The notes beneath the pieces were generated by a model, which had not been told where the DNA came from, ran no database searches, and saw only the letters and a program-made list of their open reading frames with translations. A stretch of 64,000 nucleotides of DNA from contig CAWCKH010000004.1 in NCBI GenBank assembly GCA_963796055.1, positions 3,328,001-3,392,000 on the forward strand. Direction: 5' to 3'. The DNA is from an uncultured delta proteobacterium (lineage in GTDB: Bacteria > Myxococcota > Myxococcia > Myxococcales > Myxococcaceae). Each line of letters starts with the position of its first letter. The first letter of the stretch is position 1. Of the stretch, positions 36,911 through 46,182 are shown piece after piece. Both the position numbers and the translations under genes were made by a program.

Positions 36911-39400
36911 CTAGACCGAACGTGGCCCTTGCGCCTCCCGGGTCCCGAGCGCCACCCGGCCCAGGTACACCGCCAGGAGGAAGAACAGCACAAGTCCGAG
37001 GCCGATGGACGCCACCGGGTGCGCCTGCGGCGAGTCCCCCACCGCCTCCACCACCCGCGCGAGCCAGCCGGGGCGTCCGGCCAGCCGTGCAGGGACGTCC
37101 AGTGCGTCCATCCATGCTCCACCGGCAGGGATGTGCAGGAGGTTGATCACCACCCCCGCCAGCGAGCCCCCGGCGATGTACCCGGAGGCGAGCAGTGTGC
37201 CCGGGCTCGCCTCGGACTCGGCGCTGGCCCGCCGGCGATCCACCCACCAGCGCACCACCCCGCCCACGAACAGCGGCGCGCTGGTGGACATCGGCAGGTA
37301 CACGCCCACGGCGAACGGCAGCGAGGAGACCCCCGACATCTCCAGCATCAGCGCCAGCGCCACCCCGAGCAGGACCAGGTCCCAGGGCAGCTTGCGAGTG
37401 AGGATCCCGTCGATGATCAGCGAGAAGAGACGGGCCTTCGGCGCCTCGAAGCGGGTGAGCTTCACCCCGTGCACCTCGGAGACTCGGCCCCCGATGCCCG
37501 GGTCCACCACGTACTCGATGTTCCCCGCGGCGTCGCTCAGGTACTTGCCGGTGGGGATCGGCCCGTCGTTGCGGACGTAGCCGACCTGGAGGTGGCGGTC
37601 GCGGGGCTCGCCGATCGTGCCCAGCCGGCCGAGGGGCGTCCGGCTCACCACCGGCTCGACCGGGTGCTCCTCGCGTCTCCGCACCTCCTCGGCCCCGAGT
37701 GACGCCCGGGTCACGTCAGTCCGGAAGGTCCGGATCGCCACCGGTGCGTCGCTCGCATCGAGGCGGAGCTCGAGGCCACGGCCCCACAGCTGCTGGAAGA
37801 GCTCCTCTGTGGTCAGCGTCGACACGGAGAAGGCGCCCCGGACCGGGGCGAAGGGGAACTCGCGCTGCACCACCTGCTCCCGGGAAGGATGCGTCACCCG
37901 CACGCCAGGGTGGCTCTCGGGCACGTTGGCCGTGTCTCCTCGGTTCACCGCCGCCAGCACCGGCCCGATGAACAGCGCCGAGGTCACCACCCCCACGAAG
38001 ATGGCAATCTGCTGACGGCTGGGCGTCGCCCCCACCAGCTGGGCGGTCTTCAAGTCCTGGGCCGTCGTCCCGCCGTTGCTCGCGGCGATCCCGACGATCG
38101 CCGCGGTGGTGAGCGCCATGAAGCGGTCATCCGGGGTCGTCCATCCCAGCAGCAAGTAGACCAGGCAGGTCACCAGGAGGGTGGCGACGGTCATCCCCGA
38201 GATGGGGTTGGAGGAGCTGCCGATCTCTCCGGTGATCCGCGCGCTGACGGTGACGAAGAAGAAGCCGGCCACCACGATCAGCAGCGCCGATACCAGATTC
38301 ACGTGCAGGGGCGGCGCGAGCCAGATCAGCACCACCAGCAGGAGGGAGCCCCCGAGCACGATGCTGATCGGCAGGTCCTGCTCTGTCCGGGGAATGGCCA
38401 CCGCCTGTCCACGCCGGCTGGCGAGGAAGGTCCGGAGCCCGCGACGGAACGCCTCGATGATGCTCGGCATCGAGCGGATCAGGCTGATCAGCCCACCGGT
38501 GGCCACCGCGCCCGCGCCGATGTACAGCACGTAGGCGCGGTGGATCTCGTCCGGCCCCATGTCCCGGATGAGCGTCCCCTCCGGCGACAGCAGGGGGGTG
38601 GTGAGGCCGTCGCCGAAGAAGCGGATCATCGGGATCAGCACCAGGAAGCTGAGCACCCCGCCGGCGAAGGTGATGCCCGCCACCCGCGGGCCGATGATGT
38701 AGCCCACCCCCAGCAGCTCGGGGCTGATCTCCATGGAGACGGAGGCGCCGGGGAAGCCGTGCCGGACCACCGTCCCGTCGGCCAGCCGCTGCACCCAGCC
38801 CAGCAGCCCGCCGACGATCTCCCGCCAGAGCCGCAGCCCCGCGTAGGCCGCCTTGTAGACCGCGCCGATCAGGAAGCCGGCGACCACCAGCCGGGCGGTC
38901 GTCCCGCCGTGCTCGCCCGCCTCGAGCACCTCGGCACAGGCCGTTCCCTCGGGGAAGCGCAGCGCCGCGTGCTCCTCGACCACCAGCCCGTGGCGGAGGG
39001 GGATCATCATCAGCACGCCCAGCACCCCGCCCAGCAGCGCCACCAGCAGGGCGTGGACCAGGTCGAGGTCGTAGCCCATGAACAGGAGCGCCGGGAGCGC
39101 GGTGGCGATGCCGAATGCCAGCGACTCGCCCGCCGAGCCGGTGGTCTGCACCATGCAGTTCTCGAGCACCGAGGAGCGGCCCAGCACCCGGAAGAGCGCG
39201 ATGGACAGCACCGCCACCGGGATGGAGGCCGAGACGGTCAGCCCGACCTTCACCGACAGGTACACCGAGCTGGCGGCGAACATCACCCCCAGCACGCTGC
39301 CCAGCAGGAGGCCACGCACCGTGAGCTCCCGCGGCATCGGGGCGAGCGGCGCGGAGGGCTCGGGCGCCGCGGTCGCTCGGGCGGGGGCGGGTTCTTTCAT
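36911..39400 (-). CDS. OPT-family oligopeptide transporter
   Basis: ELTVRG, KVGLTVSASIP, FPEGTACA, SSSNPISGM, AQDLKT, FAVGVYLP. Confidence 0.93.
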   Translation of the reverse strand: MKEPAPARATAAPEPSAPLAPMPRELTVRGLLLGSVLGVMFAASSVYLSVKVGLTVSASIPVAVLSIALFRVLGRSSVLENCMVQTTGSAGESLAFGIATALPALLFMGYDLDLVHALLVALLGGVLGVLMMIPLRHGLVVEEHAALRFPEGTACAEVLEAGEHGGTTARLVVAGFLIGAVYKAAYAGLRLWREIVGGLLGWVQRLADGTVVRHGFPGASVSMEISPELLGVGYIIGPRVAGITFAGGVLSFLVLIPMIRFFGDGLTTPLLSPEGTLIRDMGPDEIHRAYVLYIGAGAVATGGLISLIRSMPSIIEAFRRGLRTFLASRRGQAVAIPRTEQDLPISIVLGGSLLLVVLIWLAPPLHVNLVSALLIVVAGFFFVTVSARITGEIGSSSNPISGMTVATLLVTCLVYLLLGWTTPDDRFMALTTAAIVGIAASNGGTTAQDLKTAQLVGATPSRQQIAIFVGVVTSALFIGPVLAAVNRGDTANVPESHPGVRVTHPSREQVVQREFPFAPVRGAFSVSTLTTEELFQQLWGRGLELRLDASDAPVAIRTFRTDVTRASLGAEEVRRREEHPVEPVVSRTPLGRLGTIGEPRDRHLQVGYVRNDGPIPTGKYLSDAAGNIEYVVDPGIGGRVSEVHGVKLTRFEAPKARLFSLIIDGILTRKLPWDLVLLGVALALMLEMSGVSSLPFAVGVYLPMSTSAPLFVGGVVRWWVDRRRASAESEASPGTLLASGYIAGGSLAGVVINLLHIPAGGAWMDALDVPARLAGRPGWLARVVEAVGDSPQAHPVASIGLGLVLFFLLAVYLGRVALGTREAQGPRSV

Positions 39401-39481
39401 CCAGGCAGGGCGCCCGTTCTAGGATGGAGCGACCCGTCAAGTCAGCTCTCTCGTTCGTTGGTGGCGATGCGTCTGTTCGCT

Positions 39482-39738
39482 TCGCAGCTCCTCGTGGTTC
39501 GTACTTCGAGGCCTTCAGGCAGGGGACGAGCGAGGGAGCTGCGACGGTTGATCACTCTAGGATTCGCGGGTCGGCGGAGCCGCCGCATGACCGTGATTCG
39601 TCGGGAGGCTTTCTCGCTCTAGCGGCGTGGGTCGGCGGGTCGAGCCCGCCGCCACTTAGAACTGTCGAGAGTCCCTCCTACGTTCCTGGCTCATCCACTG
39701 CCTGCCGGCTTCGAAGCGATGCACGTACGTTGCTCCTT
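39482..39738 (-). ncRNA. Predicted bridge/seek RNA of the IS1111-type element
   Basis: Two stem-internal loop-stem structures whose loops carry GTTCTA and GCTAGA (target) and ATCCTAGA (donor junction); RNA ends approximate. Confidence 0.75.
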
Positions 39739-40834
39739 TCAAGCGGCGCGGGCGATGGCCCAGACAAAGCCGCAGAGCTCGCGAGCCACGGCGACGGCCG
39801 CGACCTGCGAAGGTTTGCCGCGGGAGACGAAGCGGTGGAAGCGCCGGTGCAGCCGCTCCTGGGCTTTCCATGCGTGGGCTACGACCTTTGCATCCTGGCC
39901 CTCCCAGCGCTGTTTGATGACGCCGCTCTGGCGTGGCGGGCGCCGGTAGTGCCAGGCGGCCTCGACCAGTACGCGCCGGGCGTGTCCGTTGCCCGTCTTG
40001 GTGATGCTGCCCCGCCGCTCCTTGGCTCCGCTCGAGCGCTCGCTCGGGACGAGGCCGACGAAAGCCATGAACTGGTCGGGGTGCTCGAACCGCTGGAAGT
40101 CGCGAGATCTCGGCGATGAGGATGACGGCCGAGAGCGTGTCGATGCCGCGCAGGCAGCGGAGCTTCGCAACGGGAGTTTTATAGGGCTCCTTCTCGGCGG
40201 CTGTCGCGAGTTCCTGGTCGAGCGCCTTGAGACGTCCGAGCGTTCCCTCGAGGCGGGCCAAGTACTCGGTGAAGACCGTCTGTGCGATGGGGGCCTCGAA
40301 CGTCTGTTTGCGAAGCCACTTCCAGTGCGGCATCGACCAGTTCTTCTTGCCCTCGGTAAAGCTGCGCCCGTGGCGCAGGAGGAACTTCAGGAGTCGGTCG
40401 CGCTCGCGGATGACGTCCTCGCGCGCATCCTCTCGGCAGCGAACGAGATCCCGCAGCGCCTCCTCGGCCTCGGAGGGGACGCGAATCGAAGTGAGCTCGC
40501 CGGCGCGGTAGAGGCGAGCGAGCTTCTCGGCGTCGCGCCGGTCGGTCTTGACCCGATCGCCGGCGCGCACCGGGATGAGCGAGGGCGCGACCACGTCGCA
40601 TGGGATCTTCATCGCTGCGAGCTGCCGGTAGACCTCGTAGCCGCAACTCCCGGCCTCGTAGCAGGCGCGGACCGCCCCTTCCTTTTTGAGCCTGCCGAAG
40701 CAGCGCTTCAGCTTGAGCGCATCGTTCCGGATCTTCACCGTGGGCCGAGCGCCTCCCCGGTCACCGGCCAGCACCGAGAAGGAAATCGACTCCTTATGCA
40801 CGTCCATTCCGACGGTCAGCGTTGTAGTTTTCAC
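39739..40834 (-). pseudogene. IS110 DEDD recombinase/transposase, frameshifted near 40105
   Basis: GMDVHK, YEAG, KTDRRDA in one frame; GLVPSERSSG, ITKTGN, AVAREL continue in a second frame. Confidence 0.9.
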
Positions 40835-40936
40835 TCGACCGGCTCCTCGTTTGCGGCTCTGGCCGCGGCGTTGCCGAGGCTAATCCGCGCTGAACGAGCG
40901 AGCCGGTCGCTCCATACTGTCTAGCCGACGACGGCA

Positions 40937-40977
40937 GAAAAGAAACGGGCCCGGGTGGCGCCTGCCGCCCCGGGCCC
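40937..40977 (-). terminator. Intrinsic terminator after the sigma32-family gene
   Basis: GGGCCCGGG..CCCGGGCCC stem followed by GTTTCTTTTC on the minus strand. Confidence 0.75.
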
Positions 40978-41007
40978 TCGGAAAGGCCAGACCGGCCGCC
41001 GTGCGGC

Positions 41008-41901
41008 CTACGCCACGGCTTCCGGCTCCATCTCTGCCATCAGCGCCGCCAGCTCGGCCTTGAGCTTGTCCTTGGCGCGGATCTCCAGCTGGCGGGCGCG
41101 CTCGCGGCTGAAGCCGAAGTGCTCGCCCAATTCTTTGAGCGTCATCGGACGCTCGTTCATCACCCGCTGCTCGATGATGAAGCGCTCGCGCGGGTCGAGC
41201 CGGGTCAGCGCCGTGCGGACGCGGGCGTTGATCATCCCCGCCTCCTCCTTGTCCGCCACCTCCTCGTCCTGGCCCACGGCGGACGAGGCCACGAAGTCCA
41301 CGTGGGTGCTGCTGCCGTCCTCGCCCATCGGCGCGTCGAGCGACAGGTCCCGCCCGCCCATCCGCTGCTCCATCTCACGGACCTCGGTGGGCTTCACCCG
41401 CAGCCGCCGGGCGATCTCCTCCACCGGGATGGCGCCGTCGCCGGCGTTGTACTTCTCGAGCTCCCGGCGGGTCCGGGCGAGGCTGAAGAAGAGCTTCCGC
41501 TGGGCCTGGGTGGTCCCCAGCTTCACCAGCGACCACGACTTGAGGATGTAGTTCTGGATGTAGGCGCGGATCCACCACACCGCGTAGGAGATGAGCCGGA
41601 TGCCCTTGTCGGCATCGAACTTCTGCACCGCCTTCATCAGCCCGATGTTTCCCTCCTGGATGAGGTCGGACATCCGGATGCCGTAGGAGCGGTACTCGTA
41701 GGCGACCTTCACCACGAATCTGAGATTTGCGGTGACCAGACGGTGGCCAGCCTGGAGATCTCCCTTGGCGTACCGGCGGGCCAGCTTCTGCTCCTCTTCG
41801 ACCTTGAGCAGCGAGTAGCGGTTGATCTCGGTGAGGTAGAGCGAGAGCGAACCAGGCATGACGGAGTGCTCGGAGGCGAGCTGCATTCTGGACGTCTCCA
41901 T
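41008..41901 (-). CDS. Sigma32/RpoH-family RNA polymerase sigma factor (myxobacterial SigB/C/E group)
   Basis: [23 protein letters not shown], RpoH box [17 protein letters not shown]. Confidence 0.93.
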   Translation of the reverse strand: METSRMQLASEHSVMPGSLSLYLTEINRYSLLKVEEEQKLARRYAKGDLQAGHRLVTANLRFVVKVAYEYRSYGIRMSDLIQEGNIGLMKAVQKFDADKGIRLISYAVWWIRAYIQNYILKSWSLVKLGTTQAQRKLFFSLARTRRELEKYNAGDGAIPVEEIARRLRVKPTEVREMEQRMGGRDLSLDAPMGEDGSSTHVDFVASSAVGQDEEVADKEEAGMINARVRTALTRLDPRERFIIEQRVMNERPMTLKELGEHFGFSRERARQLEIRAKDKLKAELAALMAEMEPEAVA

Positions 41902-41934
41902 GGGGTTCGGGGTTGCGACCACCCCGGGGCAATG

Positions 41935-41950
41935 AGCAAGGTAAGTGCCA
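41935..41950 (-). promoter_or_regulatory. Sigma54 promoter of the sigma32-family gene
   Basis: Minus strand TGGCACTTACCTTGCT, near-consensus. Confidence 0.82.
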
Positions 41951-42027
41951 CCCCTGGCGGCTCTAATCCGGTGGAATCAGGGCGTTGCGGACGGATGCGC
42001 GCCGCGACTCTGTAGAAACGCCAGCCT

Positions 42028-42231
42028 TCAGTGCCGCGGCGGCTCGATCTCTCGCCCCGGTGGCCGCGGCGGCTCAGGCTCCTCGGGACGCGGGGGCCCG
42101 GGCTGCACCTCGGGTGCGCTCCGCCCAGGCCGATCCTCGGTGCCGGTGTACGGGCGAATCTCGGGCGCCGGGCCCGGCGGGAGGTCGGTGGGCACGGCGG
42201 GTGGAAGCGGAACGTCGGGCGGGGTCGTCAC
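42028..42231 (-). CDS. Possible small Pro-rich protein
   Basis: GTG overlaps the upstream stop (GTGA); TTPPDVPLPP..EIEPPRH fills the gap. Confidence 0.4.
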   Translation of the reverse strand: MTTPPDVPLPPAVPTDLPPGPAPEIRPYTGTEDRPGRSAPEVQPGPPRPEEPEPPRPPGREIEPPRH

Positions 42232-44219
42232 GCCCGGGACGTTGGGTGTGACGGTGCCGCCGGGGAAGGGGTGGGCACGCCCCGGAGCGCCTGCCTGGCC
42301 CGCCGCAGCAGCCGTCGCCCCTCGCCCGGCCCGAGCGGACGACGTCCGAATCGGGCCTCGCGGTACCGCTCGATGCCGGTGCGCACCGGGGCCAGCTCCG
42401 CCCCGTCGAGCCGGGCCCCGTCCAGCCAGCCGGCAGGCCCGAGCCGTCCTCGGCGGCGCAGGAGCCGCTGCAGCGCGCGGCCCAGCTCGGCGGTGTCTCC
42501 CGACGCTGCGCGCCGGCCGAGCAGGACGGCGACCAGGAGCGCCGCGCCGAGAATTCCCAGGGCCACGGCCACGCTCCCGTCCGGCCTCCGGGTGGTCCGC
42601 CGTGCCGGGCTCTCGCCGCCCTTCCAGTGGAAACCCTGGGTCAGCCGCGCCTGGTCCTGGAGCGAGTACTCCACCACCCGGTCGAGCCAGCGGATCTGCA
42701 GCGCTTCCCAGCGGGCGAGGAGCCAGCCGGTGATGCCGGACCCGGCCGCGGAGCGGTGCTGCGGCGGGGTCGCGTCCAGCCGGAGGAGGTGCCCGTCCGC
42801 CTCGGCCTCCACCCAGGCGTGGGCGTCGCCGGCCCGAACCAGGTACTCGCCGGCGGCGCGTTCCCCACCGTGGAACCCCACCACCACCCGCGCGGGGATC
42901 TGCCGGGTCCGCAGCAGCACCGCGAGGGCGGTGGCGAAGTCCTCGCAGTGTCCGGCGCGGCGGTCGAAGAGGAAGTCCGCCAGCGGGTCCTTCACCCGGC
43001 CAGGAAGCTCGAGCGTGTATGCGTACCCGGTCTGCAGCGCGCGCTCGAGCTGCCGGGCGATGGCCCGATCTCCGACTGCGCCCTCGCTGAGTGTCTCCGC
43101 CAGCACCGGGATGCGCGGGTCCAGCCGCGGTGGCAGCTGCAGCCGGCGCGCGCGCTCGACGTCGTCCGCGGCGCGGAAGGCGCCTCGATCGGTGGCGCTG
43201 AACGCCCGGTAGGTGAGGTGCTCGGAAGGCCCCACCAGCCAGACCTCGCGGTCGCCCGAGGGCACCAGCTCGGTGCGCACGCTGAAGGTCGCCTCGTGCG
43301 ACTCGGCGTCGCCGAAGACCACCGGGGTGTCGAGCGCCACCAGGGTGCGGCTCCCGTAGGCGGGCAACAGATCGATCTCCTGGCGAACGAGGTCCGGCTC
43401 GGCCGGGCCCAGCACCACCTGTCGTGCCGGAGCTCCGGGGCGTCCCGCGGCCGACCACTGCACGCCGTCGAAGACGTCGAAGCGGCGGCCCACCCAGTAA
43501 GCGTCGAGCTGCTCCGCGCCTGGATCGGGGTCGATGCGCGCCCGGAACACCACCCGTGGGTTGGCCTTGAGGAGCCCGGTGCCGCCCAGCCGGAGCCCGT
43601 CGGCGAACCCGCTGGTGGCTGGACCCAGCGACGGGCCGCCACGGCGCGCGGCCACGTTCCAGGACAGACGGGGGAAGAGGACGAAGAAGGCCAGCGCCCC
43701 CACCATCGATAGGGCGACCCCCACGGCAAGCGGCCGCAGCACCCGGCCGACCGGGGGGAACGCGCCGCCGCCCGCCTCGGCCAGAACCGAGAGGCCCTGG
43801 GAGAGAACGGCCAGCACCGCGTAGAGGAACAGGCAGAGGGCGAAGAGGAGATCCGCGCTCAGCACCGCGCCGCCGGCGACCATCAGCAGGGAGGCCAGGT
43901 GCACCTGGTCCGTCGTCCGCCCGGTCGGGCGCGAGAGCATCCGCTGCGTGGTGAGCAGGGACGCGGTGGTGCACGCCGCCACCACCAGGTCCAGCTGCTC
44001 CACCATGACCGCGGCGTAGAGGACAACCACCGCCACCAGCAGCGCCACCGCGCTCAGCCTTCCGTCGGCCAGCGGGCGCCGCCCGGCGATCGCCACCCCC
44101 AGGGCGACGACGAAGAGCGCCACCGTCCACAGCGGCACCTGCGCCGAGATGGCCATCGCCCCGAAGGCTGCGCCCGCGGCGAGGTCGCGGAGCACCAGCC
44201 GGAGTCGCTGGGGGTTCAT
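42228..44219 (-). CDS. TgpA-like transglutaminase-domain membrane protein (DUF3488)
   Basis: N-terminal TMs, FVLFPR, GHCEDFA, ARVVVGF, DAHAWVEA, LDATP. Confidence 0.9.
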   Translation of the reverse strand: MNPQRLRLVLRDLAAGAAFGAMAISAQVPLWTVALFVVALGVAIAGRRPLADGRLSAVALLVAVVVLYAAVMVEQLDLVVAACTTASLLTTQRMLSRPTGRTTDQVHLASLLMVAGGAVLSADLLFALCLFLYAVLAVLSQGLSVLAEAGGGAFPPVGRVLRPLAVGVALSMVGALAFFVLFPRLSWNVAARRGGPSLGPATSGFADGLRLGGTGLLKANPRVVFRARIDPDPGAEQLDAYWVGRRFDVFDGVQWSAAGRPGAPARQVVLGPAEPDLVRQEIDLLPAYGSRTLVALDTPVVFGDAESHEATFSVRTELVPSGDREVWLVGPSEHLTYRAFSATDRGAFRAADDVERARRLQLPPRLDPRIPVLAETLSEGAVGDRAIARQLERALQTGYAYTLELPGRVKDPLADFLFDRRAGHCEDFATALAVLLRTRQIPARVVVGFHGGERAAGEYLVRAGDAHAWVEAEADGHLLRLDATPPQHRSAAGSGITGWLLARWEALQIRWLDRVVEYSLQDQARLTQGFHWKGGESPARRTTRRPDGSVAVALGILGAALLVAVLLGRRAASGDTAELGRALQRLLRRRGRLGPAGWLDGARLDGAELAPVRTGIERYREARFGRRPLGPGEGRRLLRRARQALRGVPTPSPAAPSHPTSRA

Positions 44220-45175
44220 CCGGGCGACTCCTCGTGGCCGGCGCGGGCGAGCGCACGGAGGATGGCCTGCGACTGGAGGGCACCCGCTCCGGGCTTCACC
44301 CTCAGCCCGCCGGTGCTCTCCAGGCCCACCTCGGCGCCGCGAGCGAGCAGCAGCTCGGCACGGGCGGCGAGCGCCTCGCACGCTCCGTCCAGCGCCTCGG
44401 CCGGGGCGCGGTCGTCCAGCGTCAGGAGAATGCGCGGCTGCGGCTGCGCATCGCGCTCCACCCGGAGCAGGGTTCCGAGCTGGGCGCTCTTTCGCCAGTG
44501 AATGCGCCGGGCGTCCTCGCCTTCCCGTAGCTCCCGGAGCTGCGCGAGGTCGCCGCCCCCGTCGAGTCCCCGGAGCGACCGCTGCTCGAGCCCGAGGCCG
44601 CTGCTCGGCGACGGCGGCTCGGGCGCCGCCGGGACCCGGCCGGGGAGCACCAGCAGCTCGCCCGGAATGTCCACATCCCGGCTCTTCACGAAGAGCCCGA
44701 AGGGGAAGGCGGTGGAGATGCGGACGGCCTGAAGCTGCAGGGGTCCCCGCCGCGGGGCCGCGGCCAGTGCCCGCACCACCACCTCGTCCCCCGACGGAAG
44801 CCAGGCCAGCCGGCCCACCGCGCTTCCGAGGACCGGGTGCACCTCGGCCACCGCGAGTGCGAACGCCTGCCCCTTCTCCAGCCGGAGGCCCCACGCGAGA
44901 TGGAAGGGGCTCCGGGCGCGGGGCGCCGCCGGCGGCAGCCGCCGCACCTGGACCCGGCGCACGCAGCGCTCGGAGAGGATGCCGGACACCACCACGATCG
45001 ACAGCTGCAGCCCGAGCACCAGGTAGAGGAGGTTGTTCCCGGTGTTCAGCGCGCCGAGGCCCACTCCGAAAGTCAGCACCAGGTAGGTCCGCCCAGCCGG
45101 CGTGGTCCGCAGCCGCCGCGGAGGTCTCCAGAACCGCCGCCAGGCGCGCAGCAGCCGCTCCCGTCGCGAGGTCAT
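44216..45175 (-). CDS. DUF58 domain protein
   Basis: ALNTGNNLLY, FPFGLF, LRELREGEDARRIHWRKSA. Confidence 0.9.
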   Translation of the reverse strand: MTSRRERLLRAWRRFWRPPRRLRTTPAGRTYLVLTFGVGLGALNTGNNLLYLVLGLQLSIVVVSGILSERCVRRVQVRRLPPAAPRARSPFHLAWGLRLEKGQAFALAVAEVHPVLGSAVGRLAWLPSGDEVVVRALAAAPRRGPLQLQAVRISTAFPFGLFVKSRDVDIPGELLVLPGRVPAAPEPPSPSSGLGLEQRSLRGLDGGGDLAQLRELREGEDARRIHWRKSAQLGTLLRVERDAQPQPRILLTLDDRAPAEALDGACEALAARAELLLARGAEVGLESTGGLRVKPGAGALQSQAILRALARAGHEESPG

Positions 45176-46149
45176 CGGGGCGCGGGGACCGATGCCAGCA
45201 CCGCCTCGAGCAGCGCGCTGGCCTCCTCGCGGGCAGCCAGCCCCAGCATCGCTCCCCGCGGCACCACGCGATGGGCGAGGGTGGCAACGAAGAGGTCGGC
45301 CACGTCCTGGGGAATGACGAAATCGCGCGCCTCCCACAGAGCGCGGGCCCGCGCGGCGGCGGTGAGGGAGAGCACCGCCCGGGTCGACGCCCCGCGCTCC
45401 AGCCCCGGGTACTCGCGGGTGGCGCGGGCCAGCGTGACCAGGTAGTGCGCCACCTCGGGCGCGACGTGGATGCTCGCCGCGCGTGCCTGGAGCGAGCGCA
45501 CCTGCTCCGGATCCAGCACCGGCGCCAGGGCGGACACCGGCTCGCCGAGGCCCCGGGTGGTGACCAGCTCCGCCTCCACCTCGGGCGACGGATGGCCCAG
45601 GGTCAGCCGGACCAGGAAGCGATCCAGCTGGGCGTCCGGCAAGGGGTAGGTGCCGGCCAGGTCGAGCGGGTTCTGGGTGGCCACCACGATGAAGGGCCGC
45701 GGCAGCAGATGCGTCGTCCCGTCCACTGTCACGTGGGCGTGGGCCATCGCCTCGAGCAGCGCCGACTGGGTCCGGGGCGGCGCGCGATTGAGCTCGTCGG
45801 CCAGGACCAGCTCGTGGAAGAGCGGCCCGGGGCGGAACTGGAATTCGCCGCTCGCGGGCGAGAACACCTGCACCCCGGTCACGTCGGCGGGCATGAGGTC
45901 GGCGGTGAACTGGATGCGGGCCAGGCGCAGCCCGCACACCCGCGCCAGACCCTCGGCGAGGGTGGTCTTCCCCACCCCGGGTGCGTCCTCCAGCAAGAGA
46001 TGTCCGCCGGCGACCAGGGTGGTGAGCGACAGCTCGACGGCGGCGCGCTTGCCGCGGACCACCCGGCCCAGAGCGTCACTGGCCCGGGACAGGAGCGCGT
46101 GGGCGGCGGAGGCGGCGAGGGGGGAACGGGGTAGTGCAGGAGCGGTCAC
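45172..46149 (-). CDS. moxR: MoxR-family AAA+ ATPase
   Basis: GHLLLEDAPGVGKT, RIQFTADLMPAD, ADELNRAPPRTQSALLEAM, ATQNP. Confidence 0.93.
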   Translation of the reverse strand: MTAPALPRSPLAASAAHALLSRASDALGRVVRGKRAAVELSLTTLVAGGHLLLEDAPGVGKTTLAEGLARVCGLRLARIQFTADLMPADVTGVQVFSPASGEFQFRPGPLFHELVLADELNRAPPRTQSALLEAMAHAHVTVDGTTHLLPRPFIVVATQNPLDLAGTYPLPDAQLDRFLVRLTLGHPSPEVEAELVTTRGLGEPVSALAPVLDPEQVRSLQARAASIHVAPEVAHYLVTLARATREYPGLERGASTRAVLSLTAAARARALWEARDFVIPQDVADLFVATLAHRVVPRGAMLGLAAREEASALLEAVLASVPAPR

Positions 46150-46182
46150 GGTGCCCGGGGGAGTCTACCGGGGCCGTCTTGC

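Larger units (their letters stand above)
39419..40924 (-). mobile_element. IS110-family (IS1111-type) insertion sequence
   Basis: CTAG at 39419-39422 and 40921-40924; subterminal IR ATGGAGCGACC at 39424-39434 and its complement at 40905-40915; DEDD transposase; long 3' non-coding end. Confidence 0.93.

Noticed and set aside
39424..40119. 231-aa plus-strand ORF inside the IS
   Set aside because: Antisense to the transposase and the structured RNA; no recognisable protein features
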